Source: Candidatus Iainarchaeum sp. (GTDB taxonomy: Archaea; B1Sed10-29; WALL01). From it: 45,079 nucleotides of DNA. Where the stretch lies: the NCBI GenBank assembly GCA_021162685.1, contig JAGGYF010000022.1, positions 1 to 45,079 of the forward strand, in the 5' to 3' direction. This document shows, piece after piece, positions 1 through 8,739 of this stretch. Every line of letters begins with the position of its first letter. Within the stretch, counting starts at the first letter, position 1. The position numbers and the translations under genes are program-made. The notes under the pieces are model-generated. The model ran no database searches. It had not been told where the DNA came from and saw only the letters and a list, made by a program, of their open reading frames with translations.

Positions 1-160
1 ACATGAAAAACCATACGATTGCAGTTAGAATTGTGGCAAACAGGTATACAAGAAGAACTAAGGAAACTGAATCTATATGCTTTGAAGCAAGTTTATAGAG
101 TATGCTTGTTATGCCAAAACCAACCATTGCCACAAGGGCAAAGAGGATTTGGGTCTCCAT
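1..160 (-). CDS. EamA/DMT-family transporter, 5' part (runs off the window)
   Basis: Not in the ORF track. Manual translation from ATG at 160 gives METQILFALVAMVGFGITSILYKLASKHIDSVSLVLLVYLFATILTAIVWFFM, a typical EamA first helices pattern (hydrophobic-G-xxx-K). Confidence 0.7.
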   Translation of the reverse strand, partial: METQILFALVAMVGFGITSILYKLASKHIDSVSLVLLVYLFATILTAIVWFFM

Positions 161-249
161 AGGGAAGATTATATAAGGACAGATTAAATGCTTTTCGGTG
201 GAGCATAAGGTTTTTATTCATCAGGAACTTCTATTTCATTGGTGTTACC

Positions 250-1008
250 ATGGACAGGGTGCCAACGGGTATTGATGGGCTAGACGAGCTAATAGAGGGA
301 GGATTCCCAAGAGGAAGAACAGTATTAGTCTCTGGGGGATGTGGTACAGGTAAATCCATATTTGGTATTCAGTTCTTGTATCATGGTGCAGCAACATACA
401 ATGAACCAGGTATATACGTCACTGTTGATGAAAGACCAGAGACCATGCGTCAGGACATGTTGAGATTCGGATGGGATATACGCGCATTAGAAGACCAAGG
501 AAAATTTGTTGTTTTGGATCTGACTGGTTCAAAAACGGGCATCACATCTGAAGAAAAATATGCAATGAGCTCCGAACACCTGGATATTGACCTATTAACA
601 TTAAAGGTTATGCAAACAGCAAGTGAGATAGGAGCTAGACGCATTGTCATTGACTCGTTGCCCGCACTTGGATTTCACATGAAAACAGAAGAAGAGATAA
701 GGGCAATGATACTAAAGTTAGCATATATGATAAGAAGAAGCGGATTAACAGCCGTACTTATATCTGAGGTTCCAGAACAAAACATATCAAGTGGTGGGCC
801 TATCCAATTCTCAAAATATGGCGTAGAAGAATATGTTGCAGATGGAGTTATTATCTTGCACTATCTTGGAAACAGGGTCGGAGGGGTAAACAGAACATTA
901 TATATAAGAAAGATGAGGGGCACAAAGCATTCTGAGGACATAATCCCTCTGTTTATAACAGAAAGAGGTATAAAACTGACAACGCCAGAAGAGGCATTGA
1001 GGATTTAG
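250..1008 (+). CDS. KaiC/RAD55-like ATPase #1 (single RecA-fold domain, intact motifs)
   Basis: RVPTGIDGLD N-terminus, Walker A GGCGTGKS, Walker B IVIDS, EEYVADG, KMRG finger. Confidence 0.92.
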   Translation: MDRVPTGIDGLDELIEGGFPRGRTVLVSGGCGTGKSIFGIQFLYHGAATYNEPGIYVTVDERPETMRQDMLRFGWDIRALEDQGKFVVLDLTGSKTGITSEEKYAMSSEHLDIDLLTLKVMQTASEIGARRIVIDSLPALGFHMKTEEEIRAMILKLAYMIRRSGLTAVLISEVPEQNISSGGPIQFSKYGVEEYVADGVIILHYLGNRVGGVNRTLYIRKMRGTKHSEDIIPLFITERGIKLTTPEEALRI

Positions 1009-2021
1009 AGCTCCCTCTCAACAACAAAATCTATTATTGCCTCAAGCTCCTTCTTTGCCCTCCCTTCTGGGATATTTATCCTATTAAAGAGTCGCTTTGC
1101 TTTTACTGCATATCTTCTTGCTTGTGAGACCGCATAGTCTATACTTCCATAACTATGCATAAGGCGAAGTATGTACCTAATTTCGCTCTTCTTTTTATCT
1201 TCCCTGCGCTTGCTCAATATCTTTATGACTTTTTCTCTCTCTGATTTTGTACATGACCTAAGGAGGTGTATGAGAATCAATGTGCGTTTCCCTTCATATA
1301 AGTCTCCTGCTATCTCCTTTCCATATTTTGATTCATCAGCAATAAGGTTTAAAACATCGTCCTGGATCTGAAACGCCTTTCCGAGAGCATCCCCAAATGC
1401 ATTAAACGCATTGATAGTCTTCTCAGATTTTCCTGCTATGATCGCGCCTAGCCTACATGGATGGGTAATTGTGTAAGGGCTTGTCTTCAACCCTATCATC
1501 TTATAATAATCCTTTTCACTAACATCCCATATATTATTCTCAACCCAGTATAGCTCCATTGTTTGCCCCATTGTTGTTTTTGTGATGACATCTGCAAACT
1601 CTTCCATAACCCTGAGGGTCTTTTTCTCCCCAAGGACCTTCTTATTCTTTAGTAGTGTTCTCCACATTAAGCCGTGTAATGCATCCCCAGCATTTATTGC
1701 TAGTGGTATACCATGCATCTTGTGGAGACAAGGCTTTCCTCTTCTCTCATCTGATTTGTCTTCAATATCATCATGAATAAGTATCCAATCCTGAAACATT
1801 TCATATGCAGCAGCAGTTAGTGTGGCCTTTTTTGGTTTTCCCCCAAATGCTTCACATGTTATCATAATGAGTGCCGGCCTAAGGAATTTCCCTCCTCTTT
1901 GTGGGTAGTCTTTCATCATGTCCCATAATATCTTTGGTTTTCCACTACCGATCTGTTTTAGCATCTCCCTTTGGACAATTCTTTTTCTTTTTGCTAGTAT
2001 TGTTTTTACATCCATCATCAC
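1005..2021 (-). CDS. Polyprenyl (geranylgeranyl) diphosphate synthase
   Basis: GGKFLRP, first Asp-rich motif HDDIED..RRG, GQ, KT, second motif FQIQDD, DLYEGK. Confidence 0.93.
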   Translation of the reverse strand: MMMDVKTILAKRKRIVQREMLKQIGSGKPKILWDMMKDYPQRGGKFLRPALIMITCEAFGGKPKKATLTAAAYEMFQDWILIHDDIEDKSDERRGKPCLHKMHGIPLAINAGDALHGLMWRTLLKNKKVLGEKKTLRVMEEFADVITKTTMGQTMELYWVENNIWDVSEKDYYKMIGLKTSPYTITHPCRLGAIIAGKSEKTINAFNAFGDALGKAFQIQDDVLNLIADESKYGKEIAGDLYEGKRTLILIHLLRSCTKSEREKVIKILSKRREDKKKSEIRYILRLMHSYGSIDYAVSQARRYAVKAKRLFNRINIPEGRAKKELEAIIDFVVEREL

Positions 2022-3562
2022 ACCTCTTTGAATCGTTCAGCAACAAACTCTTTATCCAATGTAAGTATAAACTGAGCTAACCTTGGGCCATTCCTTCTTC
2101 CAAGCAGAACAAGATAACATGCCTCAAATAATTGTTTTGGTTTTATGCCAGCAAATTCGCATGCTTCTCCAAATATCTCCTTAAATGAATTCTCATCAGA
2201 TATCTTGTCCATTCTTTCTCCAATATAATGCAATGCTCTCTTCTGTGCATCTGTTAATGTCACATTTGGCATTGTTTTCTGAACCGATATCCTAAACTGT
2301 TCAGGAGCATACTTTCTAACCCAATTTCCTGCAAGTTTCAATCTCAGCTCTACTTTCTTAATGGCATATTCATCTATCTTGTCGGGAAGATGGCCCAACC
2401 TCTGCATAATCTCAATTGCTTTTGTTATATCAGAAGTTATCTGTGAGATTGTAGCACATAGCAGAAATGGGGGCTGGACAGTAAACCTTGGCTCTCCTAT
2501 TTGTGAGAATTCATAACATCTTTTCATCTGCTCTGCATCTGCTTCGGGTACTTCTTCTTTACCAAAATACACCCTTTCCGCAAGGTCATAATAGTTGTAA
2601 TAGCTGTATACGCCCATATCAAACGGGACCTCAATCGCCTTGTTTATTCGTGCTGTGTAGATATACCTAACAATCTGGGGCTCATATATCTCAAGTAGGT
2701 CCGAAACAGTAAATACATTTCCGGCACTTGATGACATCTTCTCCTTCTGTCCTTTTGCATATATGAATTCGTACATTGGCCCGATTGGTGGTTCATAATT
2801 GAATACCTCTTTGCTTATTCTGATGCCAGTATCCCAGGAACCGCCAGCAGCATGATGGTCCTTTCCAGAGCTCTCAAAATCTACTCCGTAGTGTTTCCAT
2901 CTCTGCGGCCAACATACTCTCCAGACCATCTTTGCAATGCCCTTCTTTCTGAAATCAAATGTTGATTCGTGGCCACACTCGCATGTATAACTAACTGTGT
3001 AATCACCAAGATACCTTGGTTTTGTTGTGTCCTTCCCACATTTCTCACAATAGACCCGGATTGGCAACCAATCATCAGCAAGTGGTTCCTTCCTGAAAGC
3101 ATCAAGTATCTCCTTTATTTTATCCCTATTTTCCAAAGCAATCCTCATATTCTCAGAGAATGTGCATTTCTCATACTCTTCTGTCATACTTATATATGTT
3201 GGGAAAACCCCGCATATCTCTGACTCCTTCACAATCGGCTCCTTAAAGTGTTGTGCATAGTTCTCATGACATCCCCATGGATCTGGAGTCTTTGATATGG
3301 GTATGCCAATATACTGTTCCCATTCATTAGGTATGCCTTTTGGAACCTTTCTGAATCTATCAAAATCATCCCATATATATAAGTAGAGAACATCAACGCC
3401 TTTCCTCAACAATGCTCTGTACACAAGGTCTTGCGTCATTATCTCTCTAAAATTCCCGGCATGTACTATACCAGATGGCGTTATCCCTGACTCTACAATA
3501 TACTGCTCCTTGTCTTGTTTCTTATTTATTATCTGTTCTGCAAATTGGTCCGCCCAGTGCAT
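2018..3562 (-). CDS. lysS: Lysine--tRNA ligase, class I
   Basis: Start trimmed to MHWAD (3562), because the longer ORF runs into the tRNA. PSGIVHAGN (HIGH), CEKC/CECG Zn knuckles, GKDH, KMSSS, GPRL. Confidence 0.96.
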   Translation of the reverse strand: MHWADQFAEQIINKKQDKEQYIVESGITPSGIVHAGNFREIMTQDLVYRALLRKGVDVLYLYIWDDFDRFRKVPKGIPNEWEQYIGIPISKTPDPWGCHENYAQHFKEPIVKESEICGVFPTYISMTEEYEKCTFSENMRIALENRDKIKEILDAFRKEPLADDWLPIRVYCEKCGKDTTKPRYLGDYTVSYTCECGHESTFDFRKKGIAKMVWRVCWPQRWKHYGVDFESSGKDHHAAGGSWDTGIRISKEVFNYEPPIGPMYEFIYAKGQKEKMSSSAGNVFTVSDLLEIYEPQIVRYIYTARINKAIEVPFDMGVYSYYNYYDLAERVYFGKEEVPEADAEQMKRCYEFSQIGEPRFTVQPPFLLCATISQITSDITKAIEIMQRLGHLPDKIDEYAIKKVELRLKLAGNWVRKYAPEQFRISVQKTMPNVTLTDAQKRALHYIGERMDKISDENSFKEIFGEACEFAGIKPKQLFEACYLVLLGRRNGPRLAQFILTLDKEFVAERFKEV

Positions 3563-3577
3563 AATATCACTTAGAAG

Positions 3578-3673
3578 CGGGCCCGACGGGATTTGAACCC
3601 GCGACACCCAGGTTAAAAGCTTCACCTCTGCAAACACAGAACTGGTGCTCTAGCCAGACTGAGCTACGGGCCC
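3578..3673 (-). tRNA. tRNA-Lys(UUU) with a 21-nt intron at non-canonical position 30/31; CCA not encoded
   Basis: Reverse complement folds as GGGCCCG-TA-GCTC AGTCTGGCTA GAGC-A-CCAG[intron]G CT TTT AA CCTGG-GTGTC-GCGGG TTCAAAT CCCGT-CGGGCCC-G. Confidence 0.95.
3621..3641 (-). other. tRNA intron (bulge-helix-bulge)
   Basis: TTCTGTGTTTGCAGAGGTGAA. Central helix CACC/GGTG, bulges AG^U and AA^G, flanking helices TCTG/CAGA and GAG/CTT. Confidence 0.9.
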
Positions 3674-3700
3674 ATAGGTCCATTAATTTAACGTTTTTAA

Positions 3701-3716
3701 TTTTATATACTTTTCC
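3701..3716 (-). promoter_or_regulatory. BRE/TATA promoter of tRNA-Lys(-lysS)
   Basis: GGAAAAG-TATATAAAA on the minus strand about 30 nt upstream of the tRNA 5' end. Confidence 0.65.
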
Positions 3717-3718
3717 AA

Positions 3719-4363
3719 TTACTTCCCGAAATTCCGTTTTATAGTGCTATACTCTACCATTAGCTTATCTATGTCCTCCTTCTCAATCTGTGGAAAGAGC
3801 TTTTCAACAAAGAATAGTTCTGCGTATGATATAGGCAGAAGAGGACAATCAGATAACCTACGCCTTCCACCTGTACGGATCAGCATATCAACAGGATGTT
3901 TTACTTGTAGATGCTCTTGAAACGGCTTCTTCTCTATTGCAGATAATAAGTCTCTCATGCCACTATACCCAATGAGTATATCAACATGCTTTCCCCTGTT
4001 CTTTGCTGTTGCTCTCTCTAAGTCATTTGCAACCAATAGCAGTTTCTCCGGGATTACGCTCTTATCTCCTTTTACAGTCATATTTATATTATTTGATATG
4101 TCCTTATCATCCATCCACTTCCCAAATTCAAATATCATCGCATTTTCTATTGCTTTCCTCTCTCTATCACTCCTTTTTGAGAGATTATCGTACGACATCC
4201 CATATATTGTAACTCTCTCTATACCATGTCCTAATGACAACCATTTTATTACATCGCCTATGCGTTCTGCTGCAATGAGGTATGCTTGCTCAAGGTTCAA
4301 TTTGTTTTGGATGGCATATCTCCTATTTCCATCTGGAATGACCAAAACATGAGATGGTTTCAC
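3719..4363 (-). CDS. cis-prenyltransferase (UppS family), divergent
   Basis: HVLVIPDGNRRYA, DMLIRTGG..RLS, YAELFF, C-terminal RNFGK. Confidence 0.88.
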   Translation of the reverse strand: MKPSHVLVIPDGNRRYAIQNKLNLEQAYLIAAERIGDVIKWLSLGHGIERVTIYGMSYDNLSKRSDRERKAIENAMIFEFGKWMDDKDISNNINMTVKGDKSVIPEKLLLVANDLERATAKNRGKHVDILIGYSGMRDLLSAIEKKPFQEHLQVKHPVDMLIRTGGRRRLSDCPLLPISYAELFFVEKLFPQIEKEDIDKLMVEYSTIKRNFGK

Positions 4364-5166
4364 AACACCACCTCTCCCAATCTTATAAAAATCAGTAGGA
4401 GGGGTGAAAGAGCAAATCCTACAAGAAGATGCGATTGTGAATTAACTGCATGCTTTTTTCCAATCCAATATGATGAAGAGATAGCAAACGGGACAGTGAT
4501 ATAATATGGAAAAAATGATAAAAGAAGAGTACTTATGCTGAACACAAACAATAGGAGATATGATGCAATCCAACTTATGCCCTCTCCCAAAACAACAGGT
4601 ATTGTACGAATGCCAACTGCCATATCTCCCTTCATATCACGTATGTCTCCAAGTAGACTAACAACTGTTGTTATAATAGAAACAAGTATGTAACCAATAA
4701 TCATATCATTTGAAAATTGAAGATAGGGGGATGCACCATACAAAAATACAAACGCTGTTCCTGCGCCTGTGTATATGTTCTTTATAGGAAACACTCTCTT
4801 TAATCTGAATTTTGAGTAGAACAAGCACATGAACATAAGCGATGCCCAGAACAAGAATGGTTTTATTCCTAGTGATAAAGATAGAACTGAACCTAGCAAA
4901 ATAAATGCATATATAATGAGCACACCTTTCCTAGAAACAAATGGGTTTATGCGCTTTCTATTCAGCAGGTCCTCCATTGTGTCGGTTATCTGATTATAGG
5001 CATATGTTGCCGCCATCATGAAGAAGATGCTTGCACATATGATGAAAAATTGCATGTCCAGTGGATTAAATGAGAGGTAACCAATTGCAGCTATCCCAAC
5101 AATGTACAATACTATTTTCAAGCGTATGAAATCTGAGAATGTGCTTATATTTTTCCTCATGTTCAT
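4360..5166 (-). CDS. UbiA-family intramembrane prenyltransferase (DGGGP synthase-like)
   Basis: Multiple TM helices. Asp-rich motifs NQITDTMEDLLN and GDIRDMKGD followed by GIRTIPV. Confidence 0.85.
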   Translation of the reverse strand: MNMRKNISTFSDFIRLKIVLYIVGIAAIGYLSFNPLDMQFFIICASIFFMMAATYAYNQITDTMEDLLNRKRINPFVSRKGVLIIYAFILLGSVLSLSLGIKPFLFWASLMFMCLFYSKFRLKRVFPIKNIYTGAGTAFVFLYGASPYLQFSNDMIIGYILVSIITTVVSLLGDIRDMKGDMAVGIRTIPVVLGEGISWIASYLLLFVFSISTLLLSFFPYYITVPFAISSSYWIGKKHAVNSQSHLLVGFALSPLLLIFIRLGEVVL

Positions 5167-5256
5167 ACATTTTTCCTCAGTAATATAAATATCTATCTAT
5201 TTCATTTAAACAAGTAGGAGAAAGGGATAAACATTTATATAATCTATGTCAAAAAT

Positions 5257-5988
5257 ATGCACATGGAAAAGGAAAAAACAGGGATAGAGGGGCTTGATAG
5301 GGTATTACATGGCGGTCTATTCAGAAAAACATTGATAATGGTGTTAGGGCCGCCAGGATGTGGAAAAAGTACATTTTGTAGGCAGTTCTTGTATGAGGGG
5401 CTAAGCGAAGGTGAGCCAGCTATATTAGTAACAACAAATGAATCGCCCTCACGCATAAAGGAGAGTATGATGGAGAAGCATTGGGATGTAAGTAATGTTA
5501 GGGGACATCTGACGTTCGTAGATGGCTATTCATGGAGGTTACCAGAAACAAATGGTTCCTCTCCTGATACCATCGTCATGGAAAACCTAAAATCCCTTAA
5601 TGAACTAAATCTTGTTATCAAGGAAGCTATGGCAAAAGCCAATATGGATAAACAACCAGGGAGGTTGGTCATTGACAGCCTTTCTGATATCCTCCTGTTT
5701 TCAGACGAAGATAGTGTTTTCAAATTTGTTCAGTTGTTATCAGCACATATAAAAGGCTCAATGGTATCTGCGCTATTTGTCGTTGAAGATGGATTACATA
5801 CCCCTCAGCAGATATCAACATTAGAGTATATTGCAGATGGTGTTATAGAGATGAAAGTTGAGAAAAGCAGAAGGTATCTACGCATAAAACGCATGGTAAA
5901 TACCGCACATCCATTACAATGGATACCATATGATATAAAGGATGGTATATCAATGCGTGTCTCTGACAAATTTGATGGGATACACTAA
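5257..5988 (+). CDS. KaiC/RAD55-like ATPase #2
   Basis: KTGIEGLD, GPPGCGKS, VDGYSW, VIDS, LEYIADG; KMR finger replaced by RMV. Confidence 0.9.
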   Translation: MHMEKEKTGIEGLDRVLHGGLFRKTLIMVLGPPGCGKSTFCRQFLYEGLSEGEPAILVTTNESPSRIKESMMEKHWDVSNVRGHLTFVDGYSWRLPETNGSSPDTIVMENLKSLNELNLVIKEAMAKANMDKQPGRLVIDSLSDILLFSDEDSVFKFVQLLSAHIKGSMVSALFVVEDGLHTPQQISTLEYIADGVIEMKVEKSRRYLRIKRMVNTAHPLQWIPYDIKDGISMRVSDKFDGIH

Positions 5989-6995
5989 TTTGTTGAGTAT
6001 CTGAATATAACCTGTTTGTATTTCTCTGTTTTTGATGTTATACTGAATGTGTTGTCTATATTGCGCAAATATCCAAGAATCACCATAGAAAGGGCATCCC
6101 AATTATCCTTTTCCTTCTGAAAGCCATATGGTGGATATCTAATGTCAAATGTTATATTGGCATACATATCACCAGAGATTGTTATAATACCCCATCCCAT
6201 TGTTTGTAATAATGTCTTTAATAGGATGAGTTTTGCCTCTGTTTTGCTCTTCTTGTCAATCAGTTTACTGAAGTAATCATAGGAGATATCTGAAACCTTA
6301 TCTATCATTATGCCTCGGTTTCCAGCAATATGATATACTGTACTATCTGTTGCTGAGATGATCTTACCTCTGAAGTATAATTTATTTTCTTTCAATGTTA
6401 GGATGCCTGACTTTATAGCGTCATTAATACTAAAACCCTTTGGAATAGTATATCTATTCAATTTCATAAATTCCTCTTTTGTTTTTGAAGGAAAAGGTGT
6501 CATCTCTCCATCAACTTTATAACAGTAGGTGCTCCTGTGTTTTGTTTGATGCACATCTTCCAAAATCAGCCTTTTATTTAAAACAGCTTCAAACGAGCCA
6601 GCAAAAACGCCCTGCATAAATGCGTTCTTTCCAATAATACGTGTAACTGCTTCCTTCTCTGTCTCTACAGTTATTTTATTATCCGCATACAAGATATTCA
6701 TGCTATCAAGTGAACCAATACCTCTCCAAATATCTGCAAGCATGGGGAAGAGGATATGTTTTGGCAGATGCATAATCGCTCTAGGAATCAAATTTTTATA
6801 TACCAAGTAAAACCATTCCTCTCCAATAGCATACATCTCTTTTTCATAACCAGAAGACTCACATAGTTGCGCGTATTGTGCAGATATGTCCTCAAAAAAC
6901 ATTACGTTTCTCCTTGTGCCAAAATGTATCTTGTTCAAAATACTACCTAACGCTGTTTTCAACGCTCCACTGTGGAGTGAGTAAGACAGCCGCAT
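5985..6995 (-). CDS. Hypothetical protein with two V4R/XylR-N-like halves (putative small-molecule sensor)
   Basis: Two similar halves: (IHFGTRRNVMF...WRGIG...FMQGVFAGSFE) and (LYFRGKIISA...LQTMGWG...VILGYLR). GWG and GxxAGxxE are V4R-type motifs; the Zn-binding Cys are not evident. Confidence 0.55.
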   Translation of the reverse strand: MRLSYSLHSGALKTALGSILNKIHFGTRRNVMFFEDISAQYAQLCESSGYEKEMYAIGEEWFYLVYKNLIPRAIMHLPKHILFPMLADIWRGIGSLDSMNILYADNKITVETEKEAVTRIIGKNAFMQGVFAGSFEAVLNKRLILEDVHQTKHRSTYCYKVDGEMTPFPSKTKEEFMKLNRYTIPKGFSINDAIKSGILTLKENKLYFRGKIISATDSTVYHIAGNRGIMIDKVSDISYDYFSKLIDKKSKTEAKLILLKTLLQTMGWGIITISGDMYANITFDIRYPPYGFQKEKDNWDALSMVILGYLRNIDNTFSITSKTEKYKQVIFRYSTN

Positions 6996-6999
6996 ATGC

Positions 7000-7671
7000 T
7001 CACAATACCTTTCTTTCTGTGAGCTCTAATCCTCCTTCCGTTATTCTCCACTCGTAAGGCATTCTTTCCTCAAATGCAGTATACCTCATCTTATATAGCT
7101 TTAGTATTCTTCTTGGCTTCTCCTCAAATTCAAGAAAACTTAGGTTTACTACACCATCACATTCATATGCCTCTCCGTTTTGAGTATCTAATGTGTCATC
7201 CAATGTCTCACATAGCAGTAGAGAACATTTGGATTTGTTCTTCAGATGCTTTATCAGCTCTACCAATCTTGTCCTAAATTCCCTTTTTGTTTCAGCAAAT
7301 ATAAGCAATTTATTTATGTTATCAATCACTATTCTATCCACCTCTGGATAGTTCTCAAATAATTTTATGAAATACTCTAAATCAAGCATTTCCTCAAGTA
7401 GGATATATTCAATGCTAAGATTTTTTCCAACATATTTCCGTGCATCCTTTAACGAATCAATCCTATCACATGCTCTTAATAGTTCATCCTCTGTCTCACT
7501 AAGTGAGACATATACACATTTCTCTTTTTTTCTTGCTCCTTCCATAACAAAACTTAATCCAAACAATGTTTTTCCAGTACCTGTATTCCCAGACACAAGG
7601 ATAACTGTGTTCTCTGGATATCCCCCTTCTATCTTATCATCAAATCCTTTTATGCCTGTTGTAATACGCAT
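7000..7671 (-). CDS. KaiC/RAD55-like ATPase #3
   Basis: Start trimmed to MRITTGIKGFD. GNTGTGKT, IVIDN, AYECDG, KMRY. Confidence 0.9.
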   Translation of the reverse strand: MRITTGIKGFDDKIEGGYPENTVILVSGNTGTGKTLFGLSFVMEGARKKEKCVYVSLSETEDELLRACDRIDSLKDARKYVGKNLSIEYILLEEMLDLEYFIKLFENYPEVDRIVIDNINKLLIFAETKREFRTRLVELIKHLKNKSKCSLLLCETLDDTLDTQNGEAYECDGVVNLSFLEFEEKPRRILKLYKMRYTAFEERMPYEWRITEGGLELTERKVL

Positions 7672-7672
7672 A

Positions 7673-8002
7673 TTATCCCTCCTCAAATATAGGTATTCCT
7701 TTTTGCTCACTAACCAATCCAACTATGAGATATTTGTTATTCCCAATTGATACTATGGTTGCTGGTGCTTTTTTTGGTAGTGTCTTTATATCATTCTTCT
7801 TCAGGAATCGTTTTGGTAGCATGACTCTGTTACTGTTTCCTAGTTTTCCAACCGTCAACTCCTCATTGAACATCTCCTTGCCCATGGGCAACACAACAAC
7901 GTGTTTGTTATGCAATGCCAGATACCTATATTCTGACTTTGATACCTTGACCTCAAGAAAGATGCCATCTGGCCGCATATCAATGGATTTTATAAGCGCC
8001 AT
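7673..8002 (-). CDS. Putative AbrB/MazE-like swapped-hairpin DNA-binding protein
   Basis: LTVGKLGNSNRVMLPKRFLKK matches the AbrB/MazE signature (KxGnSxxvxlPk). Confidence 0.55.
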   Translation of the reverse strand: MALIKSIDMRPDGIFLEVKVSKSEYRYLALHNKHVVVLPMGKEMFNEELTVGKLGNSNRVMLPKRFLKKNDIKTLPKKAPATIVSIGNNKYLIVGLVSEQKGIPIFEEG

Positions 8003-8023
8003 ATATCTATTTTATCGGTGTGA

Positions 8024-8031
8024 TATATAAA
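8024..8031 (-). promoter_or_regulatory. TATA box for the AbrB-like/KaiC#3/V4R-like operon (probably leaderless)
   Basis: TTTATATA on the minus strand about 22 nt upstream of ATG 8002. Confidence 0.55.
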
Positions 8032-8049
8032 CATTATGAAAAAGGATGT

Positions 8050-8694
8050 TTAAACACCTCTTGTTCTGAGTTTTATACCTTTATCTGTTATTTCATAAAA
8101 AAAGAATTTGTTTGGAACATGTGTGTCAGCCATCTTTGTTATCCTTATGCCCTTATCTGGTACTAATTCAATCACTCCATCAACCAAACTCTGAAATGCG
8201 TTTTCAGCATCCTCGTGATACGTTCCTTTGTCAAGAACAACTAATAATATGCTCTTCTTCGCCTTAACAACTGCAATAAGCTCCTGTAAAAATCGTTTTA
8301 TTGAATCTGAGTCATTATAAAACCCTAATGGGGTTAATGAGTCCAAAACAATACATGAATTTTCTTTTGTGTGGTCTTCTATAACAACTAGTAGCTTTGA
8401 TAGGTTTGCAAGTGTATCTATCTCTGCCTTTTCACCAGAAAGCCATGAATAGCAGTCAGCAGTTTCAAATTCTCCTTTTATCTTCATATCCTTTATGAGT
8501 GTTGTTAGCTCTGAGGGCGTATTATTTGTCAGAACAACAACCTTTGCGTTTTTGTTTGATGAGATGGTCTGTAAACTGAATATCGTCTTGCCTGCGCCAG
8601 GGGGTCCAAGAACAAGGATAGCAGAGGGATGTGGTAATCCTCCATCAAGTATATCATTCAGCTCCTTTATGCCTGTTTTGAATCGCTCTGCCAT
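8050..8694 (-). CDS. KaiC/RAD55-like ATPase #4
   Basis: RFKTGIKEL, GPPGAGKT, DCYSW, VLDS, SLVDG; lacks the catalytic Glu and Arg finger. Confidence 0.88.
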   Translation of the reverse strand: MAERFKTGIKELNDILDGGLPHPSAILVLGPPGAGKTIFSLQTISSNKNAKVVVLTNNTPSELTTLIKDMKIKGEFETADCYSWLSGEKAEIDTLANLSKLLVVIEDHTKENSCIVLDSLTPLGFYNDSDSIKRFLQELIAVVKAKKSILLVVLDKGTYHEDAENAFQSLVDGVIELVPDKGIRITKMADTHVPNKFFFYEITDKGIKLRTRGV

Positions 8695-8710
8695 ATCCCT
8701 CTCCTAAATC

Positions 8711-8727
8711 TATATATACTATATATA
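8711..8727. promoter_or_regulatory. Back-to-back TATA boxes of a bidirectional promoter (KaiC#4 / pilus operon)
   Basis: TATATATA-C-TATATATA in a 45-bp divergent intergenic region. Confidence 0.6.
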
Positions 8728-8739
8728 TGTTTTATTATC

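Noticed and set aside
3563-3637. N-terminal extension of the 539-aa LysRS ORF
   Set aside because: It overlaps the tRNA-Lys gene; class I LysRS begins at MHWAD (3562).
5149-5179. Direct repeat ATTTTTCCTCA x2 at the UbiA start
   Set aside because: Only two short copies, overlapping the SD and start region; not an array.
3578-8694. Integrative island at the tRNA
   Set aside because: No integrase and no duplicated tRNA 3' end; the accessory-looking genes lie on the 5' side of the tRNA.
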